Assembly: GCA_016839605.1 (NCBI GenBank)
Contig: JAEOTX010000014.1
Coordinates: 1 to 10,962, forward strand
Source of the DNA: Candidatus Thorarchaeota archaeon
GTDB lineage: Archaea > Asgardarchaeota > Thorarchaeia > Thorarchaeales > Thorarchaeaceae
DNA: 10,962 bases
Direction: 5' to 3'
The translations under genes were made by a program, and so were the position numbers. This document shows, piece after piece, positions 6,638 through 10,962 of the stretch; position 1 is the stretch's first letter; each line of letters opens with the position of its first letter. The notes beneath the pieces were generated by a model. It searched no databases. It was not told the DNA's origin and saw only the letters and a program-made list of their open reading frames with translations.

Positions 6638-8779
6638 ATGGACCTGGATAAATCCATGATACCAAAGACAAAGAACAAGATTGTTGCAAAGGTCCTAGAT
6701 ACAGCTACCAGAGATGCTGAGCGCTCGATAAGGGGAGAAGCTATTTCTCAAGACACTGGATTCTTTGGAGAGATAGGCGAACTCGCTGTTTATGCACTCA
6801 TTCAGTCCGCTGGCGGCGAAGCTGAATCTCTTGCGCAGGCAAAAGCAGTGGATGAACTCTTGCAGCGAGTCTACAGAGATGAAGTATCAGAAATTAGCGA
6901 AGCCAAAATGGTTGCTTGTTTGACTCTAGGCTTCTACGGACTTGTGTTCGCAAAATATGATGATGAAGATTTCAGGTATCTCTATCGATATGCAATGAGA
7001 GCAATAAGAAAGTACTCTGTGGTTGAAGAGTGGTTGAAGAAAGCGTTGGTCTTCGAATCGCTTTTCCATCATGTTGATCCAGAGGGAATCTTCAGTAGAG
7101 TCCTCTTTTGGCTCAAATATCTAGGAGCACCCATATTCAATCCAAAGGTGCTAGTCGACACTTGTCATGATTTTGATTTCGATGTCGAGAAATACACTGA
7201 GAGACCTGAGTTCAGGCTAGTAGATACTATCAGAAGACATTCGGATTATGTGGAAGAAGCAATTGGCGATCGGTCCTATATCGAAACTCGAAAGGCAACC
7301 AAGGACTGGCTTCCTGATGCGCTATCATCTGAACTGCTCTCAATCTACCGTAATAAGATGAACAAAGAAGCACAAAAAAGGGTTAGACAAGATCTCAGTC
7401 CAAAGGATGCATTCAAGCAAGTCAATGACCTATTCAAGAAGTCTGGTTTTCAGAGTAATTCTGAGTCCGTGTTGCCTGTAAGGCTACAAGATCTTGAATC
7501 TCCGCCCGATCCGCCTGCTGTTGATCCAGTTGTCTTTGAGATGATTCCGCAGAAGCTTAGGATGGGTCTGTTGCCTGCAGTCGCGTATTCTACAAAGACG
7601 AAGCGAATTGAAGTCATTTTTCTAGGAGGACCCAGGATTGGGCATAGTGGAATTCTCATCAAGACAGACACTGGCGGCATATTGATGGATTTTGGACTAT
7701 CAGTTGCTAATCAGAGGATTCCAGAGTGGGCACCAGAACTGGAAATGATAGATTCCGTTCTAGTGAGCCATTCACACTTAGACCATGTTGGTGGACTGCC
7801 AGTCCTTTTTGACAAGTACAATGGGAAGTGGTGCTCCGTTGGAGTCACTGGCGCTATTGCAAAAGCGCTACTCCAAGATGCAATTAAAGTAGGTACACCA
7901 CACCCTCCAAGGAAGAAGAACAAGTGGGATCTCATCTCTCGGTTCAATCAGACGAATGTAGACAAGGTCACCAAGAACCATGTTAAACTGGAACTTGGGA
8001 AAAGCAGTGAAGTTGGTCCCGGCATTCTCGTAACTCCTATTGATGCCTCTCATATTCCAGGGAGTGTATCATATCTTGTCGATATTGAAGGTGTAAAGAT
8101 ATTGTACACCGGCGATTTCAATATCGATAAGTCAGTCCTGTTCCCCGGTGCGAATCTGCCTACGGATCCTGATATGGTCATTTTTGATGGCACCTACTGG
8201 GGAAGAGTAGATTTTGACAGACAGAAAGTTTCGGAAACGATTACGAACGTCGTTCAGAATAGCGGTCCTGTGATCATACCGAGCTTTGCAGTTGGGAGGT
8301 CTCAGGAAATCCTCGTGACGCTAGATAATCTCGGAATAACCAAGCAGAGGAATGTGATGGTAGCAGGATTAGCAGAACATATCACCAAACTAGTAGGAGT
8401 AACAGGCAACTGGCAAGGAATGAAAAAGAACAAAGTCACTCTGGATAAGGAAGATATTCTCGTGGCTGGCGGTGGAATGATGGGAGGAGGCTTGGCACGA
8501 CAGCATTTCAAGGAACATAGGAAGAATCCAGAAGCTTCAATCATCCTATGCGGCTACTTGGCACCAAGAACTCCAGGATGGAACTTGTTGCATGGGCATG
8601 AACCCCATGACTGCCAAGTAGAATACGCAAGACTGAGCGCGCATTCCTCGGCCTCGAATCTTGAGAAGTATATCAAGTCCTGCAAAGGCAAGAAAGTGAT
8701 AATTCACACTCCTTACCCGGAGGCTCCAAAAGAACTCATCATGCCTGAGTTCCATGAACGAATCATACTGAAGACCTAG
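6638..8779 (+). CDS. Metallo-beta-lactamase-fold beta-CASP nuclease (CPSF73/aCPSF2-like) with an unassigned N-terminal region of about 320 aa
   Basis: FLGG..IG, MDFG, SHSHLDH (HxHxDH at 7769-7786), ASHIPGS, YTGD, DGTY, PSFAVGRSQE, GMMGGG, LSAH and IIH motifs. AGGAGTGA RBS lies 5 nt before ATG 6638; the track's GTG 6629 falls inside that RBS. Confidence 0.9.
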   Translation: MDLDKSMIPKTKNKIVAKVLDTATRDAERSIRGEAISQDTGFFGEIGELAVYALIQSAGGEAESLAQAKAVDELLQRVYRDEVSEISEAKMVACLTLGFYGLVFAKYDDEDFRYLYRYAMRAIRKYSVVEEWLKKALVFESLFHHVDPEGIFSRVLFWLKYLGAPIFNPKVLVDTCHDFDFDVEKYTERPEFRLVDTIRRHSDYVEEAIGDRSYIETRKATKDWLPDALSSELLSIYRNKMNKEAQKRVRQDLSPKDAFKQVNDLFKKSGFQSNSESVLPVRLQDLESPPDPPAVDPVVFEMIPQKLRMGLLPAVAYSTKTKRIEVIFLGGPRIGHSGILIKTDTGGILMDFGLSVANQRIPEWAPELEMIDSVLVSHSHLDHVGGLPVLFDKYNGKWCSVGVTGAIAKALLQDAIKVGTPHPPRKKNKWDLISRFNQTNVDKVTKNHVKLELGKSSEVGPGILVTPIDASHIPGSVSYLVDIEGVKILYTGDFNIDKSVLFPGANLPTDPDMVIFDGTYWGRVDFDRQKVSETITNVVQNSGPVIIPSFAVGRSQEILVTLDNLGITKQRNVMVAGLAEHITKLVGVTGNWQGMKKNKVTLDKEDILVAGGGMMGGGLARQHFKEHRKNPEASIILCGYLAPRTPGWNLLHGHEPHDCQVEYARLSAHSSASNLEKYIKSCKGKKVIIHTPYPEAPKELIMPEFHERIILKT

Positions 8780-8789
8780 CTAAGAATTG

Positions 8790-10733
8790 CTAGGCAACAA
8801 CCTCAAGTACGCCATCAAGAACGAGCTTTGTCGCAACAAACTTCATGGCAGGTAGGCTGACATTTAGCTTCTTCACAACATCCTGCAGAGCCGTGCTGCC
8901 ATCACAGAGGTCCACAAACTTGACCACCACAGCACCGTAAGCTTTCTGTGTTTCCTCATCAACCTCTCCACTCTTTCGCAGGTGGCTATCTGGTTGAATC
9001 TCAACTTGGAAGTCAATCCATCCAAAACGCTCCATTAACTGGAGACAGCCGATGACTGTTTCGCGTGGAAGATCAAGACTTCGAACAAGACCGCCTACCG
9101 TTGCAGTACCATCGATCGCGGCTTTCACATCTACAACAGCTTTGCCAACATCTCGATTGTCGAAGGGCAGTGGTTTTCCAGCCTCGCGCGCACGGGCAAC
9201 ATAATCAAAACTCACTGGTCGCAAGGGCAGCTGAGTGAGCACCATGAACATTGAGGCCTCAAATTCTGCTGGCGAGCCATCCCATGTATCCCAGACATCT
9301 TCGAACATATGTTCAATCTCTCGAAGAAGTCCACCCATTATTCGCCTATGCTCCTCCTCAGCAGAATCATTAGTGACAATGAGTGCCATCACGAAATGAT
9401 CTGACTTCTCTACCATCACCAGATTTCCTTCATGCTCTATGGTCTCTAATGCATCGGTCTTGTCTGCAATGCCACTTGCATCCCCGTCTATTCCTCCGAA
9501 TGAGTCTAGAGCAGAAATCAAGGAGGCAACAGAGTTTGTGTCGATCTCTTCTCCTGAATAATTCAGATGGTAGGAGACCTCTGAGAGTCCTTCCTTCTGA
9601 ACAATTAGTAACAAATGCAGCATTCGCGCTTGATCAAGGATACGCGTATCCACGACTTGCGGAGTCTCTATTTCATAGGTATCATCAGTTCTTGACTGCG
9701 TTCCGGATTCCACCTGAGTAGTGCCAGAACTCGCTAATGTTTCGCCGCCCTGAGCTGACGATTCTTGGTATGGTTCCTTGACATACTCCCCATCACCTGG
9801 AGCCCGCCGCATTTCTGGCGTTGGTTCGATCTCCTCAGTTCCCTTTCGAACAGTGATCATCTCACTAATGGGTCTGTCTGGTAGCTGCACTCCCACTGTC
9901 TTCGCAGCAACCTCAAGCATTAGACGGATGAACTCTTCCCGTCGGGTCTTGTCAGTTGCTACCATGCTGAATGTGGGAGCACCCAATAGCCTCTGAATCT
10001 TCTCGCCTCTCATCGATTCAGGCAGGTCCTGTTTATTTGCGATTATGAACAATGGAACTGCAGGTGCCTCTTTCTTGATAGTCCTGAGTAGTGTCTTTGT
10101 CTGCATTACATTTCTGAAACTTGAGTCAGTCACCAAGAAGATGACATCCGTTCCTGCAAAGTAGAACTGCCAGAGGTCCTGGAAGACAGCCTGCCCGGCG
10201 AAGTCCCAGACAGTGACTAGGAAGGTGCCGAATTGTATTGTTTCAGAAGAGTCTACTGCTACATTGATGGTTGGCACGTATCCACCTGGTGCTGGTTCTC
10301 TGCCAAAGAGCAATCTCAGGAGAGTAGACTTACCAACGCCGCCACTACCAACATAGCTTACTTTGAATCTGGTGAAAATCAGCTCGCCAAGAATGTCCTC
10401 GAGGTTGTCTCGAATATAGCCAATGCTGTTGCCCCGAAGAGCTGTGGATATGCGTGAGGCTCCCTCTCGCATCTTGTGTTTTATTGTTCGCTCTTCATCA
10501 CGCCCGTCAGTCACAAACATCAAAACGAGCTCATTATCGACTCCTCCGTGAAACACCTTATGGGGGCCCACATAAACTGGAGTATCTGCTGACAATCCTT
10601 CGGTGCTATGGAGGTCTCTCCAGCCTGTCAAGAATTCTTGGATATCGGAGTCTGTGAAATCAATCTTCCAGAATCTGGTTCTAGTCACAACACTACCGTC
10701 GACCTTGTCAATCAGCAGAACGTTGTGTATCAT
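8790..10733 (-). CDS. Multidomain small GTPase: longin-like domain + Arf-like GTPase + acidic linker + longin-like domain + two wHTH repeats
   Basis: G1 GSGGVGKST, G2 YVPT, G3 WDFAGQ followed by Arf-like DLWQFYF, G4 NKQD, G5-like MVAT. aa 1-120 and aa 371-500 show the longin beta-beta-alpha-beta-beta-beta-alpha pattern. There are two IDG/CDG-initiated wHTH repeats. GGAGTGA RBS lies 7 nt upstream. Confidence 0.9.
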   Translation of the reverse strand: MIHNVLLIDKVDGSVVTRTRFWKIDFTDSDIQEFLTGWRDLHSTEGLSADTPVYVGPHKVFHGGVDNELVLMFVTDGRDEERTIKHKMREGASRISTALRGNSIGYIRDNLEDILGELIFTRFKVSYVGSGGVGKSTLLRLLFGREPAPGGYVPTINVAVDSSETIQFGTFLVTVWDFAGQAVFQDLWQFYFAGTDVIFLVTDSSFRNVMQTKTLLRTIKKEAPAVPLFIIANKQDLPESMRGEKIQRLLGAPTFSMVATDKTRREEFIRLMLEVAAKTVGVQLPDRPISEMITVRKGTEEIEPTPEMRRAPGDGEYVKEPYQESSAQGGETLASSGTTQVESGTQSRTDDTYEIETPQVVDTRILDQARMLHLLLIVQKEGLSEVSYHLNYSGEEIDTNSVASLISALDSFGGIDGDASGIADKTDALETIEHEGNLVMVEKSDHFVMALIVTNDSAEEEHRRIMGGLLREIEHMFEDVWDTWDGSPAEFEASMFMVLTQLPLRPVSFDYVARAREAGKPLPFDNRDVGKAVVDVKAAIDGTATVGGLVRSLDLPRETVIGCLQLMERFGWIDFQVEIQPDSHLRKSGEVDEETQKAYGAVVVKFVDLCDGSTALQDVVKKLNVSLPAMKFVATKLVLDGVLEVVA

Positions 10734-10875
10734 CCATTATTCACTCCGGAAGCTAGTACTTTTTTGACGTGCGCTTGGCATCTGATTTGCAGAAATTACA
10801 GATAAACTAACCTGCTATCAAGATTACTGGTATAGTATCTTATTGTTGAATCTGCACCGTGTCAAGGAGTAAAAC

Positions 10876-10962
10876 ATGTCCCTCGTAGCGGACAGTTCTG
10901 AGAAGAAGCTGAAGAACTTCATTTTTTAGGCACTCTGACCAAGAACGACATAGCACTCACTA
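10876..10962 (+). other. Probable gene start interrupted by a stop after 17 codons (frameshifted CDS, recoding site, or micro-ORF)
   Basis: AAGGAG-TAAAAC-ATG, then MSLVADSSEKKLKNFIF-TAG. The stop follows a T6 run, and both alternative frames stay open from the run to the window end. Confidence 0.4.

Noticed and set aside
6634-6651. Selenocysteine or TGA readthrough fusing NADK-wHTH to the nuclease
   Set aside because: The two genes are in different frames, and readthrough hits TAA after four codons.
6638-8779. Calling the nuclease aCPSF1/FttA, RNase J or a beta-lactamase
   Set aside because: No recognisable KH domains or RNase J-specific features were seen. The beta-CASP motifs argue against an antibiotic-resistance enzyme.
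9894-10373. Calling the GTPase a Rag, Rab or Roc protein
   Set aside because: No C-terminal roadblock domain, prenylation motif, LRR or COR domain is recognisable. Switch II is Arf-like, and a subfamily call needs phylogeny.
120-10805. Many overlapping or antisense ORFs in the track (e.g. 120-479, 734-925, 1342-1584, 3405-3836, 3889-4224, 6013-6393, 7450-8755, 9383-10805)
   Set aside because: They shadow well-supported genes on the opposite strand or in another frame and carry no recognisable motifs.
10927-10938. Pyrrolysine readthrough of the TAG in the terminal micro-ORF
   Set aside because: Readthrough reaches TGA two codons later (TAG GCA CTC TGA).
1-10962. CRISPR arrays, tRNA/rRNA genes, IS elements, prophage or defence genes
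   Set aside because: No regularly spaced repeats, cloverleaf sequences, transposase or integrase motifs were seen, and the intergenic gaps are short.

Overview
Gene-dense archaeal chromosomal segment, very likely from an Asgard archaeon (Thorarchaeota-like). The taxonomy is inferred from a longin/small-GTPase eukaryotic-signature protein, archaeal-type wHTH and beta-CASP proteins, and GGAGTG/GAGGTG ribosome-binding sites. In order it holds: the 3' end of a PLP-dependent alpha-oxoamine synthase (Kbl/BioF family), a DUF3303-like protein, a possible Sm-like protein, a CaCA-family cation/Ca2+ exchanger, a 4-TM protein, family I pyrophosphatase, a HAD hydrolase and quinolinate synthase nadA. Divergent from nadA is a two-gene unit: an NAD-kinase-fold/winged-helix fusion, then a beta-CASP nuclease with a long unexplained N-terminus. 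Last is a 647-aa longin + Arf-like GTPase + longin + tandem wHTH protein. Two candidate systems stand out. (1) The NAD-kinase-wHTH fusion has a degenerate catalytic motif and sits head-to-head with nadA across two GGCAA-N3-TTG(A/C)C boxes, suggesting an NAD-sensing transcription regulator. (2) The GTPase's C-terminal half resembles the longin + wHTH architecture of NPRL2/NPRL3 (GATOR1). No rRNA, tRNA, CRISPR array or mobile element was recognised. All family calls come from motif recognition by eye; no searches were run.
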